DNA from: Gemmatimonadaceae bacterium | Lineage (GTDB): Bacteria > Gemmatimonadota > Gemmatimonadetes > Gemmatimonadales > Gemmatimonadaceae | DNA: 64,000 nucleotides | Reading direction: 5' to 3' | NCBI GenBank assembly: GCA_045803545.1 | Contig: JBJMOW010000005.1 | Location: forward strand, 1,216,001 to 1,280,000 | The notes under the pieces: generated by a model | Seen by the model: the letters and a program-made list of their open reading frames with translations, nothing else | What the model was told of the DNA's origin: nothing | Database searches by the model: none | Shown here: in pieces, positions 18,574 through 27,784 of the stretch | Numbering within the stretch: position 1 is the first letter of the stretch | How the letters are laid out: each line of letters opens with the position of its first letter | Program-made: the position numbers and the translations under genes

Positions 18574-20199
18574 TTAGTAATTGGGCTTGAGTGGCGGCGA
18601 CCAGTCTGAGAGCCGCGCATCGCCCGTCAGAGTCAGCTGCCGCAGGCGACCGGTCTGCTTATCGAGAATCCAGATGCTGCGCGGATCACCGATCGCGCCG
18701 AGCCGGCGCGTGATCGCCATGTGGCGCCCGTCGGGAGCCCAGGACGGATCTTCGTTCTCACCGTCGAAGGTGAGCTGCTTCATCGCGCGGTCCTTGAGCG
18801 CAATCGTCCAAACCTGGAAATCGCCCATCTGTTGTTGATACGCGATCTCATCGCCCTTGGGCGACCACTCCGGCCCTGTTCGATAACTGCGCTTTCCGGG
18901 AATCGGCGGCGTCAGCAGCCTGAGTCCGGTGCCGTTGACGTTCATCGTGTACAGCTGCGGCGTCAACGGCACCGGCGACATGAACACTATTTGCTTCCCG
19001 TCGGGGCTGAAGCTCGGCGAAGTAGTCTCCGCACCCTGACGGCCAACATAGGGAACCGCGACGCTGTCGTCGCTGCCAGTGCTCGCCATCACCAGCTCGG
19101 CGGGCGAATCTCCTCCACTGGCCCACACCAGATTCTTGCCGTCCCTTGTGTAGACCGGAGTGATGTTCAATCCACGGCTCGACGCAGCAAGCAGCCGCGG
19201 TCGCATCGTTCTCAGATCGACCACGGCGATGCGTGTGCCGCGATCATCGGCGTCGACGTAGGCGATGTACCTGCCCGACGGATGCCAGGCAGGCGATAAC
19301 GCCGCATTGGCGGTTGGAATGGTGCGCTCGTTGGCACCATCACTATCGATGATCTTGAGCTTCGTGCCGTCGACGAAAGCGATGCGCGTGGCGGAGATTC
19401 CCCGCTCACCCGTGATCCAGCGCTCGATCTCGTCGCTCACGACGTGAATGCCGAGTCGGCGCTCACGGTCGACCGAATCGCGCGCTACTGAGTCGCGCGC
19501 CACGGCTCGCGAATAGAGCGAATCGACGCGCACGGAGTCCTGCGCTGCGCGATGATGGAGGGCGAGGTCGTTGCGGTCGAGGTCCGCGAGCAGTGAATCT
19601 CTTGCTGCGGCGGCGCGGCGCGCGTTCGCGCGATCTCGGGTCGTCTTCATTGGCATTGCGCGTTGTCCTGCGCGCGCAAGGCTATCACGTGTAGCCTGAT
19701 TGGCTGCCAGAGCCTCCTGAGTCGCCAGTGCCTTGTCGCTCAGTGTCTCGGTGAGTGAATCGCGGGTCGCAGCGAGACGATTCGCCGGCATTCTCGGCAG
19801 CCTGAAGTTGCCCTCCTGTTTGAGCAGCCCGCGGGTGGGATCGTAGACCTCGACGTGGAGCCCTGTGCTGATCGGTCTGATGCGGAGGAGGAAGTTCGCG
19901 CGTGTCTGCGCGAGGGGCGCGAAGTTGATCGTTCTGTCGCCCGGCTGCCAGATGTCGGCGAGGGTGGCGCTGTCGAGGATCAGTGGCTGAATTCGATCGC
20001 CGTAGTCGAGATCGCGCTGAATGATGGTGCGGATCGAATCACCTGGCGTGGTGTCGACCTGCAGCACCACCACCGCCGGTGGAACCTCGAGTGGCTTCTG
20101 CGGCTTGGGTCGAGCTGGAGGGCGCGTTCGATTTTGCGCGTGCAACACCGGAGTCGCTGCGAGCAAAGCAGCTGCCCCGACGAGGAATAGTCGATTCAT
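18574..20199 (-). CDS. TolB-like periplasmic beta-propeller (PD40 repeats) with a helical insertion
   Basis: Signal peptide; IIQRDLDY...IHVVSDEIERWITGERGISATRIAFV TolB-N pattern; SPAW, SPSFSPDG, PSWAPDG repeats. Confidence 0.8.
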   Translation of the reverse strand: MNRLFLVGAAALLAATPVLHAQNRTRPPARPKPQKPLEVPPAVVVLQVDTTPGDSIRTIIQRDLDYGDRIQPLILDSATLADIWQPGDRTINFAPLAQTRANFLLRIRPISTGLHVEVYDPTRGLLKQEGNFRLPRMPANRLAATRDSLTETLSDKALATQEALAANQATRDSLARAGQRAMPMKTTRDRANARRAAAARDSLLADLDRNDLALHHRAAQDSVRVDSLYSRAVARDSVARDSVDRERRLGIHVVSDEIERWITGERGISATRIAFVDGTKLKIIDSDGANERTIPTANAALSPAWHPSGRYIAYVDADDRGTRIAVVDLRTMRPRLLAASSRGLNITPVYTRDGKNLVWASGGDSPAELVMASTGSDDSVAVPYVGRQGAETTSPSFSPDGKQIVFMSPVPLTPQLYTMNVNGTGLRLLTPPIPGKRSYRTGPEWSPKGDEIAYQQQMGDFQVWTIALKDRAMKQLTFDGENEDPSWAPDGRHMAITRRLGAIGDPRSIWILDKQTGRLRQLTLTGDARLSDWSPPLKPNY

Positions 20200-20236
20200 G
20201 AATCGTTCAATCTATCGGATCAGCAGTTATACACCG

Positions 20237-20277
20237 AAAAAAAGCCGCGGAGAGAACATCCTCCGCGGCTCGTTTTT
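20237..20277 (-). terminator. Intrinsic terminator downstream of tonB
   Basis: agccgcggag 20243-20252 / ctccgcggct 20261-20270 stem, followed by T7 on the minus strand. Confidence 0.8.
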
Positions 20278-20293
20278 CGATCGGGTTACTCGC

Positions 20294-21121
20294 TTAATGC
20301 TGGAGGTGGAACTGGAACGGCATCTGAACGAGCTGCTGTACTTTCTTGCCCCCGATCTGCGCCGCCGAAAATTTCATGCGGGGGAGCGCTTCCTTGACGG
20401 CGGCGCTAAACGCCGGGTTGCTGGAGCTGAGGATCTTGAGAGTGCCCCCTTCGTAGCGGCCGCTCTCATTTACGACGAACTGCGCGATGACTGAGCCTTC
20501 GACGCCGTTGTCCTTGAGCTGCGCCGGATACTCCGGGGCCTCGCCGCCGATTCTTTCGACCGGCTTCTCGACCTGGAACTCCATGTAGGGGCCCGAGTGC
20601 TCTTCCGCCTTCGGGGCGCCCGCTTCCTTGCCCTTGGAGTCTGCGTCACCGGTGCCACCCTTCACTCCGTTGGCGGTCCCGCCAGCGACGCCCTTGCCGC
20701 TGAAGTCGTTCTCGTTGGTCAATGCTTTCGACAGGTCAACCGTCGGGATCTTGGTCGGGACGGTCACCGGGGTCGGTACGACCTGGAAACCCTTCGGCGG
20801 CGCCGGCGCTTCTACTTTCGGCTGCTCGACGACGAGCTTGGGCTTAGGCGGCTCCGGGGTCTTTGGCTTCGGAGTTTCTTTGACCTTGGGCGGAGGAGGT
20901 GGCTCCTTCTTCGGCTGAGGCGGAGGAGGCGGCTCCTTCTTGATATTTACGAAGCGTAGATGCTCGTCCTTTGGCTTCTCAGCCTTCCGCGTGCCCGCGC
21001 GTGCGGTGGCGAAAACGGCGAGGAAAATGATCAGGACGTGCAATATGATACTCGAGAGGGTCCCGCCTGCTGACCTTCCCGCTTTGGTGACTGACTTCTT
21101 GGATTCTAGTAGTCGCATCAT
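20294..21121 (-). CDS. tonB: TonB-family energy transducer
   Basis: N-terminal TM SIILH, Pro/Lys-rich linker, C-terminal YP...GVEGSVIAQFVV...QLVQMPFQF. Confidence 0.88.
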   Translation of the reverse strand: MMRLLESKKSVTKAGRSAGGTLSSIILHVLIIFLAVFATARAGTRKAEKPKDEHLRFVNIKKEPPPPPQPKKEPPPPPKVKETPKPKTPEPPKPKLVVEQPKVEAPAPPKGFQVVPTPVTVPTKIPTVDLSKALTNENDFSGKGVAGGTANGVKGGTGDADSKGKEAGAPKAEEHSGPYMEFQVEKPVERIGGEAPEYPAQLKDNGVEGSVIAQFVVNESGRYEGGTLKILSSSNPAFSAAVKEALPRMKFSAAQIGGKKVQQLVQMPFQFHLQH

Positions 21122-21432
21122 TGAAGGCTCCCCTGTTAAAAACGCACCTTCTTATAGAGCAAACCGCTTGCCAAACATGCGTAAATTTCGGTCTTCCAAA
21201 ATCACAATTGTTGGCATGATTTCGCGAAGGCTTGAAAAGCGGTGCTAGAGGAGTCTAAGTCAAAGAAAGTCAACGAGCTACCGCTGAGTCCTATACCCCG
21301 CACGGTGAGGAATTTCGGCAGAGCCTTTGTACGAAAACGGCCCATGGGGTTAGGGCCGTGAAACAGACGTTAATTCGGACGGTTTTTCACGCTGAAAGGA
21401 TGGGTTGAAACTGCCCAAAAAACTTCCGTACT

Positions 21433-21882
21433 TTAGCCCTTCCCGGTGCTCGCCTTTTTCTTGGTCAGAATACCACAGACCGAATCCCACGCATTCTTGC
21501 CAGCCGTTCGCGCCTTGGGTTTATCCCAGACCATGTGAGCCTGGTCGCGCGGATCAACTTCGCCTTCGTCGCGCACTAGCACATTGGCCGAAGTGTAGAC
21601 TGTGCTGCGCACGCGCTTGATGCGCACCGGCGAGCAACGCACATACGCTCGTTCCACCAGCCGGGAATACTGCCGCTTGTTCTCGAGCACGCGCGGCCGC
21701 GAATAATCCCAGCTCGTCACCGTCGTCCAGGTACCCGCAGACTGCTGCGCGACGCTCGCGGTGTCGAAGATCACCGTCACGTCCGAATCCTTATAAACCT
21801 GGCGCCAGGGCGCTTGTGCAAATGCGAGCGACGGAACCGCAAAGAACGCAAAGAGTCCCAACCGAACCGTAAAACGGTGCAT
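21433..21882 (-). CDS. Secreted hypothetical protein (surface-adhesin-E-like)
   Basis: AAGGAG RBS before ATG 21882; signal peptide ending AFA; W....D..S motif and two Cys. Confidence 0.6.
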   Translation of the reverse strand: MHRFTVRLGLFAFFAVPSLAFAQAPWRQVYKDSDVTVIFDTASVAQQSAGTWTTVTSWDYSRPRVLENKRQYSRLVERAYVRCSPVRIKRVRSTVYTSANVLVRDEGEVDPRDQAHMVWDKPKARTAGKNAWDSVCGILTKKKASTGKG

Positions 21883-22004
21883 GAAAATCTCCTTACTGCC
21901 GTATGTCACAATGAAGTGGTGTAATCGCTCCAACAGCGGACGGAACGATGTTACGGGTTTGGATTATATACACCTAACGTCCTGGGTCGCTACGCCCTTA
22001 CCGA

Positions 22005-24572
22005 ATGAACGGCAAGCTATCACGCGTGATTGGACCTGCGGCTATGGGAACCGCAGTCGCAGCCGCATTTTATCTCCTCGCGCGTGATTTAAAGTCTTAT
22101 CACTATCGCGACTTAATGCGGCAGGTGTGGACGCTACCACACCAACATTTGCTGCTCGCGGTGCTGCTAACCGCCGTCGCGTACGCTGTTCTCCCCGGCT
22201 ACGATGCGATTGCACTTTCATACGTCGATCATCGGCTACCGGTCAGACGAATTGCATTCGGATCGTTCATCGCCTACGCGCTGAGTCACAGTCTCGGCTT
22301 TCCGCTGCTCAGTGGCGGTCCGGTCCGTTATCGGTTTTGGAGCGCGTGGGGACTTTCGACGTCAGAGATTGCGCAGGCGATCAGTTTCGCGGGCGCAACG
22401 TTCATCATCGGCATGATCGCTGTCGCGGGCATAGTCTTCCTGCTCGAGCCGACATCAACTATCCAGCTGCTGCGGCTTCCTCTAGCGTCGCTGAAACCCG
22501 TTGGCGCGATCTGTCTCCTCCTCGTCGCTGCCTATCTGGTCCTTGCGGCGACCCGCAAAAATTCTTTGCGTTTTTTCGAGTGGGAATTTCCCGTCCCGTC
22601 GATTCGACTCGCGCTGGCCCAACTTGGAGTCGCGATCGTGGATTGGACCGCCGCCGGTGCCGTACTCTACGTGCTGCTGCCCCCGGGTTACCGCCTGTCG
22701 TTACTGCCGGTACTCGGCGTCTTTCTGCTCGCGCAATTCATCGGAATTCTTAGCCACGTTCCGGGCGGGCTCGGTGTGTTCGAAGCGATCGTGGTGCTGC
22801 TGTTGAAACCCTACGTGCCTGCGGCGTCGATTGTCGGCTCGCTGCTCGCCTACCGCGCGCTGTATTACCTGTTTCCGCTCGTCATCGCGCTCGCCCTGCT
22901 CATAGCCATCGAGGCTCGTCGTAAGCGCGATCGCGTCGCCGAAATGGCAACTATTGCCGGTGAGTTTGTCGGCCGCTGGCTGCCCGCACTACTACCGCAA
23001 TTGCTTAGCATTGCGACCTTCGTCGCCGGTGTAATTCTTATCGTTTCCGGCGCGACTCCCGCCATTCGCAGCCGAGTAACCGCTCTCGATTCGGTACTGC
23101 CTCTGGGGATCATCGAGCTCTCCCACTTCGCCGCCAGTCTCGCCGGTGCCGCTCTGGTAGTGCTCGCCTGGGCCATCAAACGCAGACTCGACGCTGCTTA
23201 CACCCTCACCATCGCCACGCTCGGCATCGGCATCGTGGCATCGCTGCTCAAGGGACTGGACTGGGAGGAAGCTTTCGCGTTAACGCTGGTGTTGCTCGCG
23301 GTTCTGCCATCGCGTCGCGCTTTCTATCGCAAAGCTGCGATCACCAGCGAGCCGTTCACCAACGGCTGGATTGCTGCCGTCGTCGTCGTTGGCGTGGTCA
23401 CAACCTGGCTTGCGTTCTTCTCCTATCGCAACGTCGACTTCACCAGTCCCGTGTGGTGGGAATTCAGTGGTCGCGGCGATGCGCCACGATCACTGCGTGC
23501 GATGATCGGCGTGCTCGGCGTGCTTATGTTGTTTGCGCTATCGCGAAAGCTACGTCACGCCTCGCCCGATCCGGATCTGCCTTCGGCGCGCGAGCTCGAT
23601 CTCGCGGCACGTATCGCCGCCGAGTCATCGGAGACAATCGCAAACCTCGCCCTGCTCGGCGACAAGTCGCTTCTCTTCAGTGACAGCGGTCGCAGTATGA
23701 TCATGTATGCGGTCGAGGGTCGCAGCTGGGTCGCACTCGGCGATCCGCTCGGCCTCGACGGCGAGCGGGGTGAGCTGGCATGGCGGTTCCGCGAAAGTGT
23801 CGACCATCACGGCGGCTGGCCGGTATTCTACGAAGTGAGTGCTCGTCACTTGCCGATCTACATCGATCTCGGCCTCACTCTGTTCAAGCTGGGTGAGGAA
23901 GCGATCATTCCGCTTTGGGACTTCTCGCTCGATGGCGGCAATCGCAAGGCGCTGCGCAGGACTCGCAAGGAGGCAGTGAAGGCAGGGGCGACCTTCGACA
24001 TGATTCCCGCCGATGAGACCCGGACCTTCCTTCCCGATCTCAAGCGGATCTCAAACGAGTGGCTCTCGAGCAAGCACACCAAAGAGAAGGGATTCTCGCT
24101 CGGCCGATTCGACGACCGCTATGTCAACTGCTTTCCGATCGCGCTGATTCGCGTTGGCGATGCCGTCGTCGCGTTTGCGAACGTGTGGCTCGGCGCCGAC
24201 AAGAATGAGATCTCTATCGATTTGATGCGGTACACCGCCGTCGCGCCGCCCGGCGTGATGGAGTTTCTGCTGATCGAGCTGATGCTCTGGGGCAAGGAGA
24301 ACGGCTACAATCGATTCAATCTTGGGATGGCGCCCCTCTCTGGAATCGAGAATCGCAGCCTCGCTCCGCTCTGGAATCGCGTCGGCGCGTTGTTGTTCAG
24401 TCGCGGCGAGCCCTTCTACAACTTTCAGGGGCTCCGACTGTACAAAGAGAAGTTCGATCCGATGTGGGAGCCCAGATATCTGGCATCTCCGGGTGGCCTC
24501 GTTCTGCCAAGAATTCTTACCAATGTCGCGTCGCTGATCTCGGGCGGGCTGGCCGGGGTCATAACGAAATGA
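22005..24572 (+). CDS. mprF: Bifunctional lysyl-phosphatidylglycerol flippase/synthase
   Basis: Multi-TM N-half (HVPGGLGVFE, YRALYYL); C-half LGDK, ALGDP, KLGEEA, EKGFSLG, IDLMR, LGMAPL, YNFQGL..YKEKF. Confidence 0.95.
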   Translation: MNGKLSRVIGPAAMGTAVAAAFYLLARDLKSYHYRDLMRQVWTLPHQHLLLAVLLTAVAYAVLPGYDAIALSYVDHRLPVRRIAFGSFIAYALSHSLGFPLLSGGPVRYRFWSAWGLSTSEIAQAISFAGATFIIGMIAVAGIVFLLEPTSTIQLLRLPLASLKPVGAICLLLVAAYLVLAATRKNSLRFFEWEFPVPSIRLALAQLGVAIVDWTAAGAVLYVLLPPGYRLSLLPVLGVFLLAQFIGILSHVPGGLGVFEAIVVLLLKPYVPAASIVGSLLAYRALYYLFPLVIALALLIAIEARRKRDRVAEMATIAGEFVGRWLPALLPQLLSIATFVAGVILIVSGATPAIRSRVTALDSVLPLGIIELSHFAASLAGAALVVLAWAIKRRLDAAYTLTIATLGIGIVASLLKGLDWEEAFALTLVLLAVLPSRRAFYRKAAITSEPFTNGWIAAVVVVGVVTTWLAFFSYRNVDFTSPVWWEFSGRGDAPRSLRAMIGVLGVLMLFALSRKLRHASPDPDLPSARELDLAARIAAESSETIANLALLGDKSLLFSDSGRSMIMYAVEGRSWVALGDPLGLDGERGELAWRFRESVDHHGGWPVFYEVSARHLPIYIDLGLTLFKLGEEAIIPLWDFSLDGGNRKALRRTRKEAVKAGATFDMIPADETRTFLPDLKRISNEWLSSKHTKEKGFSLGRFDDRYVNCFPIALIRVGDAVVAFANVWLGADKNEISIDLMRYTAVAPPGVMEFLLIELMLWGKENGYNRFNLGMAPLSGIENRSLAPLWNRVGALLFSRGEPFYNFQGLRLYKEKFDPMWEPRYLASPGGLVLPRILTNVASLISGGLAGVITK

Positions 24573-25354
24573 AGTCAATGCGGTTCTTTCCGAACTTCAG
24601 ACCAGGCATCAGCCTGGTGTTGCTGGCGACGTTGGCGACGCTTTCCTGCGCGCGCGCGCATTCGAGCTATCGTCCTCGCGATCCCGAGCTTCAGCGCGAG
24701 CCGCTGTACTTCTATCCCGCTCATGGAGAGCTGAAACCGAAAGCAGGAGTGTTCTTCCTTGGCAATGACCTCGGGTTCTGGGGACCACACCAGAAGCTCG
24801 CGCAGCGGCTGGCGGACGATGGTTACGCCGTTGTCGGCTTCGATATAAAAGCTTTCCTGGAGCGCTATCCGGACTCCGCGCCATTGCGGGACAGCATTCT
24901 CGTCCACGATATGCCGCCACTCATGAAGAGAGCGCTCCACGAGCTCGGCGCCGACTCTCGCCCAATCGTGCTCGCCGGCCATTCCTTTGGGGCTGATCTC
25001 GCTTTCTGGACGGAAGCCAATGCGAGAATACCCGGTGTCATCGGAATACTCGCGCTCGGCCCGACAAAGAGAGATCACCCGACGGTCACCATACGCGATC
25101 AGATCAATGCGGGGGAGCCCAGCGAGCCGGGAAGCTTCGCAGTCGCGGATCAAATCCGTAATACGCCTCCCGGCGTCCGCATCGCTCTCATGCGCGGCGC
25201 CAGTGATAAAGAGCGCAAATCGGACCGCGATTTCATCGCCGCCGGCGGCGCGAGAATGAGTTACACCATAATTCCGTTCGCCTCGCACTCGCTCAAATCA
25301 CTGATCATCGTCGGTCCGATGATCGAGCACGCGCTCGGCGATCTGATCGACTAG
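24569..25354 (+). CDS. AcvB/VirJ-like alpha/beta hydrolase lipoprotein (probable aminoacyl-PG hydrolase)
   Basis: ATGA overlap with mprF; lipobox TLSC; GNDLGF, VVGFD, GHSFGAD nucleophile elbow. Confidence 0.75.
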   Translation: MKSMRFFPNFRPGISLVLLATLATLSCARAHSSYRPRDPELQREPLYFYPAHGELKPKAGVFFLGNDLGFWGPHQKLAQRLADDGYAVVGFDIKAFLERYPDSAPLRDSILVHDMPPLMKRALHELGADSRPIVLAGHSFGADLAFWTEANARIPGVIGILALGPTKRDHPTVTIRDQINAGEPSEPGSFAVADQIRNTPPGVRIALMRGASDKERKSDRDFIAAGGARMSYTIIPFASHSLKSLIIVGPMIEHALGDLID

Positions 25355-26610
25355 CGGTCGACGCGAATGTCTCGTCGTCGCGTGGCGTCAGCGAGGACGA
25401 CGGCGTCGGCCTCCGCCGAGATCTCGCGCATCTCGCTCGCATTCATGGTGCGGATTACTGTAAGAATTGCAGCCAGAAGTGGAACCGCGACCAGCAGGCC
25501 TAGGAAGCCAAACAGGAGCGACATGAGCGCCTGGATGCCGAGCGTCATCGCCGGAGGGAGATTCACGCCGTGCTTCATCAGGATCGGCACCAGCAGATGA
25601 TTCTCGAGGAACTGGATGACGAAGTAGCCGATTGCAACCAGCAGGGCTTTATGTGGCGAATCGATAAAGGCCATGGCCATGGCCGGTATAACGGCGAAGA
25701 TGCTGCCGACGATTGGAATGAATTTCAGAATTCCCGCCAGAATACCGAGCGGTAGCGCCGCCCTCACCCGAATCGCAAAGAGGAACAGCGTCGTCACTGC
25801 GCCGATAACCGTCATCGCAATGAGCTGAGTGACAAGCCAGCGCCGCAGCACATTCGCCAGACGGGTCAACGCAAGCGCCGCTCGATCGCGCTCGCGCGCC
25901 GGTACCAGCTCGAGCAAACCGCCGTGGTACAGCGCGGGATCGACGCCGATATAAGCCGCGATGAACAGCACGAGCAGGAAGGCTCCAGAAATGGCGACGG
26001 TTGATGTCAACACTCGCAGAAAAGAGTGCTGCGCACCCTTGAACTGTTTCGCGATCTCGCGACGGAGGTTGCCGCCGGCGGCGACATCATCCGCCCGTGT
26101 ATGGCTCACGACGGCGGTGGCGGTGGCAACACTGTCGGTCGCTTGAGTCTGCGACGTAGCCACGACTTTGGTGGATTCGGCGACCGGCTTCTGCGCTGTC
26201 GTCCGCAGGCTGTCAGCCGGACTCTCTTCGTTGAACAGGATGCCGAGCGCGCCGTTGGCGCGGTGACCGAGCCATGCATCGATCTTGTCCATCGCCTCGG
26301 GCAGCTGTTGCTGCAGCTGCTTCGATTGGGTGCGGAGGATGGGCGCCATCCAGACGCCGCCCGCCGTGAGCAGGCCGAGAAATGCGGTAAGAATTATGGC
26401 GACGCCGAGGCCGCGCGGAACGCGGCGTTTCTGTAGCCAGTCGGCGCCCTGCGCGAGGGGCAACCCGAATAGAACCCCGAGGAAAAACAGAAAGACGATC
26501 GGGTGCGCGATCCAGAGCAGCCGGACGAGGATATAAAAGCCGAAAATGATCGCCAGCACGCGTACGAGGTCGCGTGTCGGTGGCAGACGGAGCGGTTCTC
26601 GGATCTCCAT
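25351..26610 (-). CDS. AI-2E (PerM) family transporter
   Basis: Multi-TM; FIPIVGS, IQFLENHLLVP, LFGFLGLLVAVP. Start placed at ATG 26610. Confidence 0.88.
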   Translation of the reverse strand: MEIREPLRLPPTRDLVRVLAIIFGFYILVRLLWIAHPIVFLFFLGVLFGLPLAQGADWLQKRRVPRGLGVAIILTAFLGLLTAGGVWMAPILRTQSKQLQQQLPEAMDKIDAWLGHRANGALGILFNEESPADSLRTTAQKPVAESTKVVATSQTQATDSVATATAVVSHTRADDVAAGGNLRREIAKQFKGAQHSFLRVLTSTVAISGAFLLVLFIAAYIGVDPALYHGGLLELVPARERDRAALALTRLANVLRRWLVTQLIAMTVIGAVTTLFLFAIRVRAALPLGILAGILKFIPIVGSIFAVIPAMAMAFIDSPHKALLVAIGYFVIQFLENHLLVPILMKHGVNLPPAMTLGIQALMSLLFGFLGLLVAVPLLAAILTVIRTMNASEMREISAEADAVVLADATRRRDIRVDR

Positions 26611-26707
26611 GTTTACTATGGGTAGCCAGAGCCGTGCCGGAGGCAACAATGACTTGCGCCCCGTGTTTCGCGCGGTCTTCTTTCTCTCACCACGGCAAGA
26701 GGCAGGA

Positions 26708-27784
26708 ATGGCTGCAACACCTGATGGACCGATCGCGATCTATTACGAGCATCCGGACTGGTTTCGTCCGCTGTTCGCCGAGCTGGATAAACGCGGAATC
26801 GCATACGAGCGCGTCGACGCGGCCGCGCATTCCTACGACCCGGGAGAGACCGACTCCCCGTACTCCCTGGTTTTCAATCGAGCCAGCCCGTCGGCGTACT
26901 TGCGTGGGCACGGCCAGGTCACGTTCCATACCCAGAGTTGGCTACGCCATTTAGAGCGGATCGGTGTTCCGGTCGTGAACGGTGCGACCGCTTACGAGAT
27001 GGAAACTTCAAAGGCGTTGCAGCTCGATATTCTTAGCGAGCTCGGCTTGCCCTATCCGCGCGCGCGTGTAATCAACGACCCAGCTTTGGCTCCGCAAGCG
27101 GCCGAAGGACTGCGCTTCCCGGTCATCGTGAAGTCCAACATCGGTGGCAGCGGTGCCGGAATCACACGCTTCGATAGCGCCGCCTCTCTGCGCGAGGCCG
27201 TCACCGGCGGGACGATTGACCTCGGCATCGATCGCGTGGCGCTGGTGCAGGAGTTGGCCCCGCTCCGGGACGCTCACATCACGAGGGTGGAAGTTCTGAA
27301 CGGGAAATTCCTATACGCTATCAACGTCTATCCGGCCGATAATTCTTTCAATCTCTGCCCGGCAGACATCTGCCAGACGACCGGCGGTGTCGAGCTGTCG
27401 CGCGCAGCGTGCGCTGTCGACGCGCAAAAGAACGGCATGCGCGTCGAGCAGGCAAATCCGCCACGGGAAATTATTCGTCAGGTCGAGCGCATTGCATCGC
27501 GCGTCGATCTCGACGTCGGCGGCATCGAGTATCTGATCGACGACCGCGACGGGAAGCACTACTTCTACGATATCAACGCGCTCTCGAACTTCGTCGCCGA
27601 TGGACCGAACGTGGTCGGCTTCGATCCGTTCGCAAGGCTGGTGGGTTATCTCGAGGAGCGTGCGGGAAGCGGGAGGAGAGAGGCGGGAAGCGGTCGCGGA
27701 GAACAAGCGCGTGCATCCTCCGCGCCCAGGACCAAGGTCGCCGAGGCTCCCACCTCGCGCCTCCCGCTCCCCGCGTCCCGCTAA
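26708..27784 (+). CDS. RimK/GshB-like ATP-grasp ligase
   Basis: FNRASPS, VVNG, SKALQ, FPVIVKSNIGGSGAGI, LVQE, GGIEY, YDINALSNF; AGGA RBS before ATG 26708. Confidence 0.85.
   Translation: MAATPDGPIAIYYEHPDWFRPLFAELDKRGIAYERVDAAAHSYDPGETDSPYSLVFNRASPSAYLRGHGQVTFHTQSWLRHLERIGVPVVNGATAYEMETSKALQLDILSELGLPYPRARVINDPALAPQAAEGLRFPVIVKSNIGGSGAGITRFDSAASLREAVTGGTIDLGIDRVALVQELAPLRDAHITRVEVLNGKFLYAINVYPADNSFNLCPADICQTTGGVELSRAACAVDAQKNGMRVEQANPPREIIRQVERIASRVDLDVGGIEYLIDDRDGKHYFYDINALSNFVADGPNVVGFDPFARLVGYLEERAGSGRREAGSGRGEQARASSAPRTKVAEAPTSRLPLPASR
27662..27781. repeat. Heptamer-armed palindrome inside the ATP-grasp C-terminus
   Basis: gcgggaa gcgggag gagagag gcgggaa gcggtcg (27662-27696) ... ctcccac ctcgcgc ctcccgc tccccgc gtcccgc (27747-27781). 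Confidence 0.8.

Noticed and set aside
21122..21432. 310-nt lower-GC region upstream of tonB as a possible ncRNA or riboswitch
   Set aside because: Only weak pairing (cgtgaaa/tttcacg) and no motif I can identify; consistent with an ordinary promoter region.
22005..25354. mprF plus alpha/beta hydrolase as a new system
   Set aside because: Matches the established MprF/LpiA-AcvB(VirJ) lysyl-PG synthase/hydrolase pairing.
27409..27783. N-terminal extension of the LLM ORF to 477 aa, and similar track extensions (408, 2880, 24464, 26546, 41072, 45429, 49318, 50758, 51573, 56131, 62023)
   Set aside because: They overlap neighbouring genes or leaders; downstream starts with an RBS or stop/start coupling fit the family N-termini.
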